A stretch of DNA of 64,000 nucleotides from an uncultured bacterium. GTDB taxonomy: Bacteria > Armatimonadota > HRBIN16. Positions 19,505-29,017 of this stretch are shown piece by piece. Where the stretch lies: assembly GCA_964579145.1 (NCBI GenBank), contig CAZOGB010000006.1:3003-67002 (forward strand), given 5' to 3'. Position 1 is the stretch's first letter; every line of letters starts with the position of its first letter. The translations under genes and the position numbers were made by a program. The notes below the pieces were generated by a model. That model worked only from the letters and a program-made list of their open reading frames with translations, made no database searches and was not told the DNA's origin.

Positions 19505-20515
19505 TCAGAGATGGGGTGCTGGACCTGTACTTTTCCTAATTACGAGGCTTGTTTGGAATCGACAGATCTGGATTGGTTCAACAGGAGACCGACGCAACGC
19601 CAAAACCATCTCAGCCGCCTTTTGTCCCAGTCCAAAAGCATCTATTCGTACGGTAGTAAGCGGTGGTTCCATCATACTTGCCATTGGCACATCATCATGC
19701 CCTACAATAGAGACTTGTTCTGGCACGCGTCGTCCCAGACTAACAGCGCTAAACATCGCACCAATCGCAAGGTCGTCTTTTCGGGCAAAAATCGCCGTGG
19801 GCGGGTTAGGTTGGGTGAGCAAGTGTCGAGCCGCCGTAGCACCCTCTGCCACAGTGAAGCCGGCAGTGACTACGTTACGTTCCTCAAGAGGCACCCCGTG
19901 CTTCTTCAGCGCCTCTCGGAACCACGTTGGGAAAAGATCATCTTCCCGAGTGCCAATAAAGCCGACACGTCGATGCCCCAAAGAGACCAGCAAATCCGCT
20001 ACTGCCTCCACCCCATGTTTCATGTCCGTTGTAATACATCCTACATAAGGCAAATCGGCTTCGGTGGGTGCTCCGTAAATCACAAAGGGTGTAGCAGGGT
20101 TGGCGAGCTGTTTGATATGCTCACGCACAGGGCTCCAGCCTTTTATCAGGATTACCCCATCTATTGCTGCCGAGCGTACCCATCTGAGCAAGGGAGAATC
20201 TGCACTGTCTAGACGAAACACGTTATCCAATAGTAAGCCGTAACCATGCATATGCAGGGTGGACTGAACGCCTCGTGCAAAGTCCGTGAGAAACAGGTCT
20301 GAAAGGATTTCCTGGTCGGTGTGGTGGAGGGCAATGATGTGGCTTCGTCCCGTGACGAGCTGCTGAGCATGGGGGTTTGGAGTATACCCCAGTTCTCTCA
20401 TGCGCCTCAGCACCATCTCGCGCGTTTTGGCGCTAACTCGCCCTCTGCCACTCAACACGTGCGACACGGTGGTAGGAGAAACTCCTATTAGTTTGGCAAA
20501 TTCCTTGATGCGCAT
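19505..20515 (-). CDS. LacI-family transcriptional regulator
   Basis: The N-terminal HTH MRIKEFAKLIGVSPTTVSHVLSGRGRVSAKTREMVLRRMRELGYTPN is followed by a periplasmic-binding-protein type-1 sugar-binding domain. Confidence 0.85.
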   Translation of the reverse strand: MRIKEFAKLIGVSPTTVSHVLSGRGRVSAKTREMVLRRMRELGYTPNPHAQQLVTGRSHIIALHHTDQEILSDLFLTDFARGVQSTLHMHGYGLLLDNVFRLDSADSPLLRWVRSAAIDGVILIKGWSPVREHIKQLANPATPFVIYGAPTEADLPYVGCITTDMKHGVEAVADLLVSLGHRRVGFIGTREDDLFPTWFREALKKHGVPLEERNVVTAGFTVAEGATAARHLLTQPNPPTAIFARKDDLAIGAMFSAVSLGRRVPEQVSIVGHDDVPMASMMEPPLTTVRIDAFGLGQKAAEMVLALRRSPVEPIQICRFQTSLVIRKSTGPAPHL

Positions 20516-20717
20516 ATTGTATTGAAAAATACAGTAACTTATAGGAAAATCGTTTTGGCAAATTCAATTGTATCCCAAACTCTTCTCTGTGTCAAGGGAT
20601 TAGCGTGATGTTTTCCAAAAAATCAGTAAAAGACTTGGTGGAAATCGGCTGGAGTACTCGGATGGTAATCTCGGGTATACTTTGCTGGGTAACATCTTAA
20701 TATCATCAGGAGGCTGT

Positions 20718-21131
20718 ATGCAGAGAACATTTGTGATGATTAAGCCCGATGGCGTTCAGCGTGGGCTGGTGGGAGAATGCATCCGCCGATTTGAACAGCG
20801 GGGACTGCGGCTGGTAGGGTTGAAGATGCTCGTCCCCTCGCGCGAGCTGGCAGAGCAACATTATGCCGTGCACCGCGAAAAGCCGTTCTACAATGACCTG
20901 GTAGAGTTCATCACCTCGGGACCGGTGGTGGCGATGGTGATTGAGGGACCGAACGCCATTCCGCTGGTGCGCACCATGATGGGGGCGCTGGACCCTCTGC
21001 AGGCACAGCCCGGTACCATCCGCGGCGATTTCACCTGCGACAAGCAGATGAACATCATTCACGGCTCGGACTCGCCCGAGACCGCCGAGAGCGAAATCGC
21101 CCTGTGGTTCAGGGCGGAGGAGCTGCTTTAG
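20718..21131 (+). CDS. ndk: Nucleoside diphosphate kinase
   Basis: [30 protein letters not shown]...NIIHGSDS carries the Ndk active-site His motif. AGGAGG lies 5 nt before the ATG at 20718. Confidence 0.9.
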   Translation: MQRTFVMIKPDGVQRGLVGECIRRFEQRGLRLVGLKMLVPSRELAEQHYAVHREKPFYNDLVEFITSGPVVAMVIEGPNAIPLVRTMMGALDPLQAQPGTIRGDFTCDKQMNIIHGSDSPETAESEIALWFRAEELL

Positions 21132-21312
21132 CCCTGCTGGCGGGCTGAAGAAAGCCCTCACCCATGCCTTGGGAACGGTTGCCTCGCTCTCTGATTCAGG
21201 TTGAGGCAGAGGGACCAGAAGTAACACCCAGCTTGTACGACACTGACAGACAATGGGTGCAATATTTGGTAGAGAAGGCGGCGAAACTGCGCAAACGAAC
21301 ACAAAATATTGA

Positions 21313-21387
21313 TGGAGCGGGAGACGGGACTCGAACCCGCGACATCCAGCTTGGGAAGCTGGCGTTCTTCCGCTGAACTACTCCCGC
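21313..21387 (-). tRNA. tRNA-Gly (anticodon CCC)
   Basis: 75-nt cloverleaf GCGGGAG/CTCCCGC acceptor stem. Anticodon stem CCAGC/GCTGG with loop TTCCCAA gives anticodon CCC. T-arm is GCGGG-TTCGAGT-CCCGT, the discriminator is U, and CCA is encoded. Confidence 0.85.
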
Positions 21388-21402
21388 TCACTCTGCAATA
21401 GT

Positions 21403-21431
21403 ATTCTACATCCACTCTCCCGCGTTGTCAA
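21403..21431 (-). promoter_or_regulatory. Sigma-70-type promoter for tRNA-Gly
   Basis: On the minus strand: TTGACA, a 17-nt spacer, then TAGAAT. The predicted start is about 9 nt upstream of the tRNA 5' end. Confidence 0.6.
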
Positions 21432-21482
21432 GACTTCCGCGAGTGAATGTGCTTCGTTTTTTTTGAAAGACCCTCCCACCCC

Positions 21483-21512
21483 TTGACATTCGTGTACAGG
21501 CTGGTGTAGAAT
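21483..21512 (+). promoter_or_regulatory. Sigma-70-type promoter for the GntR/PBP1 regulator gene
   Basis: TTGACA at 21483-21488, an 18-nt spacer ttcgtgtacaggctggtg, then TAGAAT at 21507-21512. The spacer contains TGTACAGG. Confidence 0.55.
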
Positions 21513-21560
21513 ATAGGTACTACAATGTATTATATTGCATGATATTATTATGAGGAAAAT

Positions 21561-22694
21561 ATGGACGACCCGATACTTTACCGACAAATCTACCACGCGC
21601 TGAAAGCGGACATTGCAAGCGGACACTATCCGCCCGGCGCACAGCTGCCCACAGAAACGGAGCTGATGCACCGCTTCGGTGTCAGCCGGGTGACGGTCCG
21701 CCATGCCCTGGCGCTGCTCCAGCGGGAAGGGCTGGTGGTGCGTATCCCAGCAAAGGGCACCTTCGTGCGACACACCGACCAGCCGGCTCCCGCGCCAAAG
21801 CTAATTGCCCTGCTTGCGCTGGATGTGCAGCTGGACTTCTTTGGCAAGCTGGTTCGAGGGGCGGAACAGGAAGCAGCCGCACATGGCTACAAACTGCTGG
21901 TGCGCTCTACCGACAACGACGCCGACAAGGAACGCCAGTGCCTGCTGGAACTGCAATCGCACGTGGCGGGGTTTATCATCGCACCGGCCACAGGTAACCA
22001 GAACCACATGCACTATGGACAACTGCTGGTAAAGGGCGTTCCGTTCGTGTTTGTGGACCGCTACCTGCCCGAGTTCAACGTGGATAGAGTGACATCCGAC
22101 AACGTACAGGGGGGATACCTTGCCACACGCCACCTTCTGGAACTCGGACATCGCCGGATCGGGGTGATTTCCGCGCGAAAAGCCACCACCTGCACCGACC
22201 GGTTGCAGGGGTATCAACAGGCTCTTGAAGAGTTCGGTGTACCGTTTGACCCCGTGCTGATAGCACATGCCATCGGCAAGCGGCGCGACGGCTGGGATGA
22301 ATATCTGTACCAGGGCAGGATACAAACGGAGGCACTGCTCAAACTGCCTAACCCTCCAACTGCCCTGTTCGCGATGAACGACCTGCTTGCAGTCGGTGCG
22401 TTGAGATATTTGCGTGAGAGGGGTATCGCCGTGCCTGAAGAGATAGCGCTGGTCGGCTACGACGGCATCGAGCTGTCCGAACTGGTCAGCCCCAGCCTGA
22501 CCACAGTCAAACAGCAATCCCTGCGCATGGGCGCGGAAGCCGTACGGCTACTGGTGCGCCGCATTCGTCACCCGGAACAGCCTGCGCAACATGTGGTGCT
22601 GCCAGTAGACCTGCACGTTCGTGCATCCACTGTTGCGTCGACGGCGATAGTCCAACCCGTGATGACCGCAGCATCCCTAAAAGGAGGTGGTTAG
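21561..22694 (+). CDS. GntR-family HTH regulator fused to a LacI/PBP1-type sugar-binding domain (AraR-like architecture)
   Basis: The N-terminus YRQIYHALKADIASGHYPPGAQLPTETELMHRFGVSRVTVRHALALLQREGLV is a GntR winged HTH. The remainder is a periplasmic-binding-protein-like I effector domain. Confidence 0.8.
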   Translation: MDDPILYRQIYHALKADIASGHYPPGAQLPTETELMHRFGVSRVTVRHALALLQREGLVVRIPAKGTFVRHTDQPAPAPKLIALLALDVQLDFFGKLVRGAEQEAAAHGYKLLVRSTDNDADKERQCLLELQSHVAGFIIAPATGNQNHMHYGQLLVKGVPFVFVDRYLPEFNVDRVTSDNVQGGYLATRHLLELGHRRIGVISARKATTCTDRLQGYQQALEEFGVPFDPVLIAHAIGKRRDGWDEYLYQGRIQTEALLKLPNPPTALFAMNDLLAVGALRYLRERGIAVPEEIALVGYDGIELSELVSPSLTTVKQQSLRMGAEAVRLLVRRIRHPEQPAQHVVLPVDLHVRASTVASTAIVQPVMTAASLKGGG

Positions 22695-22787
22695 GCGAGC
22701 ATATCTTCTGTTACCTGTCCATGCCGTGCTGTGCGCTTTGAAACCCTGAAGTTATCCCTGAACGCTGTACCAGGAGGTGCAAGGAGC

Positions 22788-23774
22788 ATGTCTCGCAAGG
22801 CTTTCACGCTGATTGAGTTGCTGGTGGTTATCGCGATTATCGCGATTCTGGCGGCGATTCTGTTTCCCGTGTTCGCCCAGGCGCGGGAAAAGGCGCGCCA
22901 GGCAACCTGCACCAGCAACATGAAGAACATCGGAACTGCCTGGGCAATGTACGCGCAGGACTACGACGAGACCGGGTGTCCCATGTGGGTCAAGAGCAAC
23001 CTGACGCGGGGATGCTTCCCGGTGGTAGACCCGAACTTCCGCGCACCTTACACCGGCACGCCGTGGGGACAGTACTGGCCTGACCTCATCTATCCCTACG
23101 TGAAGTCAGGACGAGCGGCAAACTATGACGCACAGGGGCGCCCTGTCTCCAAAGGTAACCGCGGGGTGTTCACCTGCCCCACCGGAGATGCGCTGATTCC
23201 TGCTGTTGGTGGCGAGAGCGGGTGGGGTTCGCTGACCTACGGCATCAACCAGAGCAACATCAACGGCGACCCCATCAACCCGGAGAGCGCAGGAGCAGCA
23301 GCTGGAGGTGGACCGGATTTCCTGTGCGGACAGGACCCCGGTTGCCAGGGCTGGGGTTGGGGCTGTGCGAAGGGCGCTCAGCTCGCTCGGCTGACCCACC
23401 CGGCGGATTCTATCGTGTTTATGGAGGGACCGGTGGGCGCCGGACCCATGTTCGCCGAGTGCTGTGACATGAGCTCCTACCCGGGCGACCGTGCCACCAT
23501 CCTCGCGAAGATGGCGGCCGCGTATCCGGCGGAAGGCGGTTTCCCCGCGGGCTATCATCCCAACCGTCCGCTGAAGCGTGCCAAGACCGACCCCAACTTC
23601 TGGGTGATGGAAAACGGTCAGCTGAACGAGGACGGTACCGTCATGCCCGTTCAGCGCTCCAACGACCGCGCCATCCATCCGCATAACGGGGGTTCGAATT
23701 ACGTCTTCGCGGACGGGCATGTGAAGTTCCAGCGGGATACCTATATGCGTCAGCATACCGCCTCGTCTGACTAA
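22788..23774 (+). CDS. DUF1559-domain protein with prepilin-type N-terminal cleavage/methylation signal
   Basis: [61 protein letters not shown]. The C-terminal motif is [19 protein letters not shown] at 22788 follows AGGAGGTGCAAGGAG. Confidence 0.8.
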   Translation: MSRKAFTLIELLVVIAIIAILAAILFPVFAQAREKARQATCTSNMKNIGTAWAMYAQDYDETGCPMWVKSNLTRGCFPVVDPNFRAPYTGTPWGQYWPDLIYPYVKSGRAANYDAQGRPVSKGNRGVFTCPTGDALIPAVGGESGWGSLTYGINQSNINGDPINPESAGAAAGGGPDFLCGQDPGCQGWGWGCAKGAQLARLTHPADSIVFMEGPVGAGPMFAECCDMSSYPGDRATILAKMAAAYPAEGGFPAGYHPNRPLKRAKTDPNFWVMENGQLNEDGTVMPVQRSNDRAIHPHNGGSNYVFADGHVKFQRDTYMRQHTASSD

Positions 23775-23836
23775 CGCGCAGGTGCTCTCCCTCCGCGTGA
23801 GGGGGAGCACCCTCTTCACAACGGGAGGTGTATCCG

Positions 23837-24139
23837 ATGCCTCAGACTATCTATCGAGGAAACAGAGCGCCAGAGCCGGGATGGCGCAGGGAAGTCAGCC
23901 CGGGTGTTGCCGTGCTGGCAGGAGTGATTCTGCTGGTTTTTATCCTGTTCCTTGTGCACCATTTCATCACGCCAGTAATTCCGCAGAAGCGCGTCAGTCA
24001 GGAGCAGGCGTGGCAGCAGAAGCAGCAGGAACTCCAGCAACGGTTGCCACAGGGCGGATGGGTCTCGCCCGCGCCCGGAATGCCGCCCGTGTACGTGCCC
24101 CCGAGCGGACAGGCTGGAACCATGGCGCAGGGACGTTAG
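23837..24139 (+). CDS. Small single-TM Gln/Pro-rich protein (100 aa)
   Basis: ATG at 23837 follows GGGAGGTG. One TM helix (VAVLAGVILLVFILFLVHHF) is followed by a Q-rich then P-rich tail (PAPGMPPVYVPPSGQ). Confidence 0.4.
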   Translation: MPQTIYRGNRAPEPGWRREVSPGVAVLAGVILLVFILFLVHHFITPVIPQKRVSQEQAWQQKQQELQQRLPQGGWVSPAPGMPPVYVPPSGQAGTMAQGR

Positions 24140-24560
24140 GAGCGCGGTGTTTCTGACGAATGGGTGAGCTTGAGAGCAGTTCTATCATCAAGATAAGCGA
24201 TGCATTTTCGAGACCCTTCGCTGTGCTCAGGCTGACAAAGGGGGATGCACATGAGTGTCACTAAATGTCATGCGAAAGAATATTTCTGTCATGATGAATA
24301 ACAGCAAAGCATCTCGTAGTTAAAAGACTCTGAGATTCTTCGCTTCGCTCAGAATGACATGGTAAGACGAACAAAACGCCAACAAATACCATGCTGAGCA
24401 CCAGCGACGCCCGTGTGACATCGGGTCTCAGGGTAACGAAACGGAGAGGCTGAAACCAGCGTTAGAATAGCCGCAGGAAGTGTTTCCCTGCCCAGCGAAT
24501 AGAGACACAGTGAAACCTGCCAGGACAGCACGCGAACTGAACACTGTGGGAGACCACTCA

Positions 24561-26492
24561 TTGTTCACGCCGGGAGGTGAGAAACGTGACCGCCATTTCA
24601 GTCTGCGAGCGGTACTGATTGGTTTCCTGTCCTCTCTGCTGATTGCCGCGCTGGACCCCTACGGACTGTATGTGATTCAGGGCTCCTACATGACCTTAGA
24701 CTACAGCACTCCGGCGGCGGTATTCCTCTTCTTCGTGCTGGTAGCGATAGTCAACAGGGTATGGAAACGCCTCAGCCCCCGTACGGCGCTTCAGCCCGCC
24801 GAACTCATCGTTGTTTACACCATGATGATTGTCGCCTGTGTGGTTCCCACGCTGGGGTTAACGGCGCAAATCCTGCCCGTGCTGGGGGCGGTGACCTATT
24901 TTGCGAATCCTGTCAACGGCTGGGAGCGTTTGATCCATCCCCATCTGAACCCCTCACTGGTGCCGCGCGACAGGGAGGCGATACGCCTCTTCTTCGAGGG
25001 CAAACCCGGGGCGTCAGTAGCATGGCAGGTGTGGTTACCGCCCCTTCTGGCATGGGCGCCTCTCATACTCGCCCTCTATTTCGTGATGATTTGCGTGATG
25101 GTGATATTCCGCCGGCAGTGGATGGAGCGCGAGCGTCTGGCGTTTCCGGTCACGCAGTTACCCTTGGAGATGGTGAATGAGGGGTCGCCGCTCCTGCGCA
25201 AGCCGCTGTTCTGGCTGGGGTTCGCCCTGCCGTTCGCGGTGGGCAGTTTGATTGCCCTGCACAACTACGCGCCCTCCGTGCCCGCACCCAGGCTCAATGT
25301 GTATGTGCCCCTTTTTCGCGAGACGGTGAACTGGAGCCTGCGCTTCAGCTTCCCCATGGTCGGCTTCTTCTACCTCGCCAACCTGGACGCGCTGTTCAGC
25401 CTGTGGTTCTTCAACCTATTGTTTATGGTGGTGCGGGGTTACCTGAACATCTACGGGGTGGAGATACACGAAGACCTCGGTGGAGCTTACGGCACGCCCT
25501 ACATTCCCTACAAGTATCTGGGCATGGGCGCGATGCTGATGCTGGTGGTGACAGGGTTATGGGCGGCGCGGGCACACCTGCGCGATGTGCTGAGGAAGTC
25601 GCTCGGCAGAGGCAGGGATGTGGACGACAGCGGCGAGATGTTAAGCTATCCCGTCGCCTTCTGGGGCACACTGCTGGGCTTGCTGGTGATGAGCGTCTGG
25701 ATATGGTGGTCGGGGTTGTCCTGGTGGGGCACGTGGCTGTATCTGCTGTTTATGATGGTGCTGTTTTTCGGTTTAACGCGGGTGGTGGCGGAAACCGGGC
25801 TGGCAGAGGCGGTGGCGGCGATGATAGCGCCTGTGTTCACGGTGGCGGCATTCGGCAGTGTGCCTTTCGGAGCGCGAGGGCTGACCGCGCTGGGGCTGAC
25901 GTGGGTCTATTCTGCCGATATCCGCACAACGGTCATGGCGTCCAGCATCCATAGCCTGTGCCTCGCCGAGCGTACGGGGGTACGTGCACGCCCGCTGTTC
26001 TGGGCAATGGCTCTGGCGATTGTGGTCAGCATCGTGGCGTCGGTGTGGGTAACGCTGGTGCTTGCTTACCAAAAAGGAGGCGTTAACCTGAACGGGTGGT
26101 TCTTCATTAACGGTCCGCAGTTCCCATACAAGTGGGTGGAAAGCAAGATAAACAACCCATCGGAACCCAGCCTCACCGGCTGGTTGCTGACCGGCTTCGG
26201 CGCGGCGGTGATGGGCTTCCTCAGCGCGATGCGTCAGCGGTTCGTGGGATGGCCTTTCCACCCCGTCGGGTTCTGCGTGGGCAGTACGTGGATTATGGAC
26301 GAGCTGTGGCTGACCTGTTTCATCGCATGGCTGTTGAAGTTTCTCATCCTGCGCTTTGGCGGACTGCGCTGGTTCCGGGCGTCCCTCCCCTTCTTCTTAG
26401 GGTTGATTGTAGGACAGTACACTTGCAACGGCTTCTGGCTGGTAATGGACTACTTCAGCGGGGCGAAGGGCAACCAGATTTTCTGGATATGA
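24561..26492 (+). CDS. Large polytopic membrane protein (paralog B of the protein at 302..2233)
   Basis: It shares the motif blocks ERERLAFPVTQLPL, HPVGF and FFLGLIVGQY with paralog A. The preferred start is the in-frame TTG at 24561, which lies 7 nt after GGGAGA. The GTG at 24480 has AGGAAG immediately adjacent, which is too close to act as a Shine-Dalgarno sequence. Confidence 0.55.
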   Translation: MFTPGGEKRDRHFSLRAVLIGFLSSLLIAALDPYGLYVIQGSYMTLDYSTPAAVFLFFVLVAIVNRVWKRLSPRTALQPAELIVVYTMMIVACVVPTLGLTAQILPVLGAVTYFANPVNGWERLIHPHLNPSLVPRDREAIRLFFEGKPGASVAWQVWLPPLLAWAPLILALYFVMICVMVIFRRQWMERERLAFPVTQLPLEMVNEGSPLLRKPLFWLGFALPFAVGSLIALHNYAPSVPAPRLNVYVPLFRETVNWSLRFSFPMVGFFYLANLDALFSLWFFNLLFMVVRGYLNIYGVEIHEDLGGAYGTPYIPYKYLGMGAMLMLVVTGLWAARAHLRDVLRKSLGRGRDVDDSGEMLSYPVAFWGTLLGLLVMSVWIWWSGLSWWGTWLYLLFMMVLFFGLTRVVAETGLAEAVAAMIAPVFTVAAFGSVPFGARGLTALGLTWVYSADIRTTVMASSIHSLCLAERTGVRARPLFWAMALAIVVSIVASVWVTLVLAYQKGGVNLNGWFFINGPQFPYKWVESKINNPSEPSLTGWLLTGFGAAVMGFLSAMRQRFVGWPFHPVGFCVGSTWIMDELWLTCFIAWLLKFLILRFGGLRWFRASLPFFLGLIVGQYTCNGFWLVMDYFSGAKGNQIFWI

Positions 26493-26560
26493 TATGGCAC
26501 AATATAGAGGGGAAGGGTATAATGCACCTGCAAACACTATCGGGGAGGTGAATAGCGTCC

Positions 26561-26929
26561 ATGCCCATCTATGAATACCGGTGTAATGCCTGCCGAAGGC
26601 GGTTCAGTGTGCTGGTGGGTGTGATTGCGGAGGATGACCCCCTGCAATGTCCCCGCTGTGGGAGTACCGATGCCACCCGGTTGATTTCGCGCTTCGCCCG
26701 CCTGCGCAACGAGGACGACATCATCGACGACATGCTGGACCCCGACAGGATCGGTGACCCCGAGGACCCGAAGACCATGCGCCGCTGGGTGAAGGAGATG
26801 GGCAAGGAGCTGGGCGAGGACTTCGCCGACGAGTTTGACGAGCTGCTGGTGGAGGAAGAGAAGAAAGCTGCCACGGGTGAGGGCGAAGCGAGCGGAGAGG
26901 GCGACGACGCAGGCGATGACCTGGTTTAA
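26561..26929 (+). CDS. FmdB-family zinc-ribbon protein (putative regulatory protein)
   Basis: MPIYEYRCNACRRRFSVLVGVIAEDDPLQCPRCGS carries the CxxC...CxxC zinc ribbon typical of the FmdB family, followed by a highly acidic tail. GGGAGGTGA lies 9 nt upstream. Confidence 0.8.
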   Translation: MPIYEYRCNACRRRFSVLVGVIAEDDPLQCPRCGSTDATRLISRFARLRNEDDIIDDMLDPDRIGDPEDPKTMRRWVKEMGKELGEDFADEFDELLVEEEKKAATGEGEASGEGDDAGDDLV

Positions 26930-28845
26930 CCCCCTTCTGCCAGCACGCGCACATCCCCCACCCGGCGCGTCAGGCGGATGCTGTCAAAATACTCTAACAG
27001 GGGTACCACAAACTTGCGACTGGAGCCGGTGAGGTCGCGGAACTCTCCAACGCTCAGCGAGCCCTTTTCTCGGATCGCCCGGCGCACCAGCTCCGCCAGA
27101 TCCTCCAGCACCTCCCGGTGGAAGAACAGCTCTTCCTCCAATCGCACCAGTTCTCCCATCTCCACCAGCACCTGTATCATCGCCCTCACGGCGTCGGGCG
27201 GCGCGCCTACCTGTTGAGCGATGATGGAGACCGGTGGCGGGGTTGCCTTCCCCTCGCGAATCGCCTGCGCGACGCGCTCTGCCAGACGCTTTTGACGTTC
27301 GTTGAGGCGAATAGTAAAATCTGCCAGCCGCACGACCGCCCCCTGCAGGGCAATCGCGCCCTCCTCCTGCCAGCGCGTCAGCAACGCCTCAAACAGGCGC
27401 GGGGACAGCCCCTTCGCTACGGTGGAGCGCAGCTCCTCGCGGGGTATTCCTGCACGCAGGGGGTTCTGTTGATGGTAACGTTGAAGAGTCTGCTTTGTTC
27501 GCTCCAGCAGGTCCTGCAGTACAGTGCCGGCAAACCACATATCGCCCACACGCCGAGCACGCCCTTCCCGCTCCAGCTGCTGAAGCAAGGTAGCAAGCTG
27601 GTGGGAACCGGTCTCGGCACAACGGGCAAGCTCCCCTGCGTCCAGACCGGCTGGAGACTGCGCCAGTATCGCCAGCACCTTTTGCGCCGGGTCGCCCTTC
27701 AGCAGTGAGTGCAGGCGTTCTATCACCGCAGGGTCAAATCGCCGGTGGCGCGGGGCGTGAGGCTCCAGCACAACGCCTCCACCGATGGTGAACATGGGCG
27801 AGTAGGTGCGGATGACAAAGCGGTCACCGCGTGCCGCAACCAGCGGCTTCTCCAGCCTTACCTGAACCATCCCCTGTGCGCCCGCTTCCAGTCGCTCGCT
27901 CTCCAGCAGGGAGACCCGTCCAATCACCTCTGCCGTGCCCAGATACACCCGTATCCGCGCTCTATGCGCCAGCCCCTTCGCCACGTCGGGAAGCAGAGTG
28001 ACCTGCGCGTCAAAAGCCTGCGTCGGACGGAACAGCCCGGGCGGCGCACACACCATCCCGCGTTCGACCTGCGCTTTCTCAACGCCTGGCAGGTTAATGG
28101 CGACCCGACTGCCCGCTACCGCCTCTTCTACTCTGCGCCCGTGCACCTGTATTTGTCGCGCCCGGGATTGCAGACCCGGCGGCAGCATTTCCACCGCATC
28201 CCCCACGCGCACCCTGCCGCTGACCAGCGTACCGGTCACCACCGTGCCCGCCCCAGCCAGTGTAAACACCCGGTCAATCGGCAGGCGGAACGGGGCATTC
28301 ACCTCCCGCGGGGGCACACGCTCCACCGCCTGTTGAAGAGCAGTCCGCAAATCGTCCAGCCCCTGCCCCGTTACCGCAGAGACCGGAATAATGGGCGAAT
28401 CGCTCAGCGGAGTGTCCCGCAGGAACTGCCTCACGTCGTCGGTCACCAGTTGAAGCCACTCCGCGTCCACGAGGTCGCACTTGGTCAGCGCCACCACGCC
28501 CGCCTTCACGTCCAGCAGGCGCAGGATGTCCAGATGCTCGCGCGTCTGCGGCATGATGCCTTCGTCCGCCGCTATGACCAACAGCACCACGTCCACGCCG
28601 CCTGCCCCCGCCAGCATGTTTTTGAGGAACCGCTCGTGCCCGGGCACATCCACAATACCGACCACCTGTCCGCTGGGCAGGCTCAGCGACGCGAAGCCCA
28701 GGTCTATCGTCATGCCGCGCTCCTGCTCTTCCTTCAGGCGGTCAGGATTGATGCCGGTCAGGGCGGTTATTAGCGTGGACTTGCCGTGGTCCACATGCCC
28801 TGCCGTACCGATAATCACGTGCTTTTCAGAGACTGGCGTATTCAT
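26926..28845 (-). CDS. selB: Selenocysteine-specific translation elongation factor SelB
   Basis: The GTPase domain has the motifs [18 protein letters not shown] and TKCDL. Extended C-terminal winged-helix domains bring the length to about 640 aa, typical of SelB. ATG at 28845 begins [17 protein letters not shown]. Confidence 0.9.
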   Translation of the reverse strand: MNTPVSEKHVIIGTAGHVDHGKSTLITALTGINPDRLKEEQERGMTIDLGFASLSLPSGQVVGIVDVPGHERFLKNMLAGAGGVDVVLLVIAADEGIMPQTREHLDILRLLDVKAGVVALTKCDLVDAEWLQLVTDDVRQFLRDTPLSDSPIIPVSAVTGQGLDDLRTALQQAVERVPPREVNAPFRLPIDRVFTLAGAGTVVTGTLVSGRVRVGDAVEMLPPGLQSRARQIQVHGRRVEEAVAGSRVAINLPGVEKAQVERGMVCAPPGLFRPTQAFDAQVTLLPDVAKGLAHRARIRVYLGTAEVIGRVSLLESERLEAGAQGMVQVRLEKPLVAARGDRFVIRTYSPMFTIGGGVVLEPHAPRHRRFDPAVIERLHSLLKGDPAQKVLAILAQSPAGLDAGELARCAETGSHQLATLLQQLEREGRARRVGDMWFAGTVLQDLLERTKQTLQRYHQQNPLRAGIPREELRSTVAKGLSPRLFEALLTRWQEEGAIALQGAVVRLADFTIRLNERQKRLAERVAQAIREGKATPPPVSIIAQQVGAPPDAVRAMIQVLVEMGELVRLEEELFFHREVLEDLAELVRRAIREKGSLSVGEFRDLTGSSRKFVVPLLEYFDSIRLTRRVGDVRVLAEGG

Positions 28846-29017
28846 CCGTGCCCTGCTCACGCATGATGTTCTCGCTAACAGTATACCGCCTGCTGGGCAT
28901 CGTGTGCGAGATGGTGGTTTGTCTCCTGCTGAAACACTTTGGCAGGTGATTGACATCCAGCGTCGCATCATGTTATGCTTACAGCAGGCGTGGGCTACTG
29001 CAAGGAGGCTTTAAGAC

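Noticed and set aside
24480-24560. GTG at 24480 as the start of membrane-protein paralog B
   Set aside because: The only Shine-Dalgarno-like sequence (AGGAAG) abuts the GTG with zero spacing. An in-frame TTG at 24561 has GGGAGA at 7 nt spacing and gives an N-terminus that aligns better with paralog A.
26495-26535. Sigma-54-like TGGCAC element upstream of the fmdB-family gene
   Set aside because: TGGCAC is not followed at the correct spacing by TTGCA. The region is better read as a weak sigma-70 promoter with a TATAAT -10 element (26524..26529).
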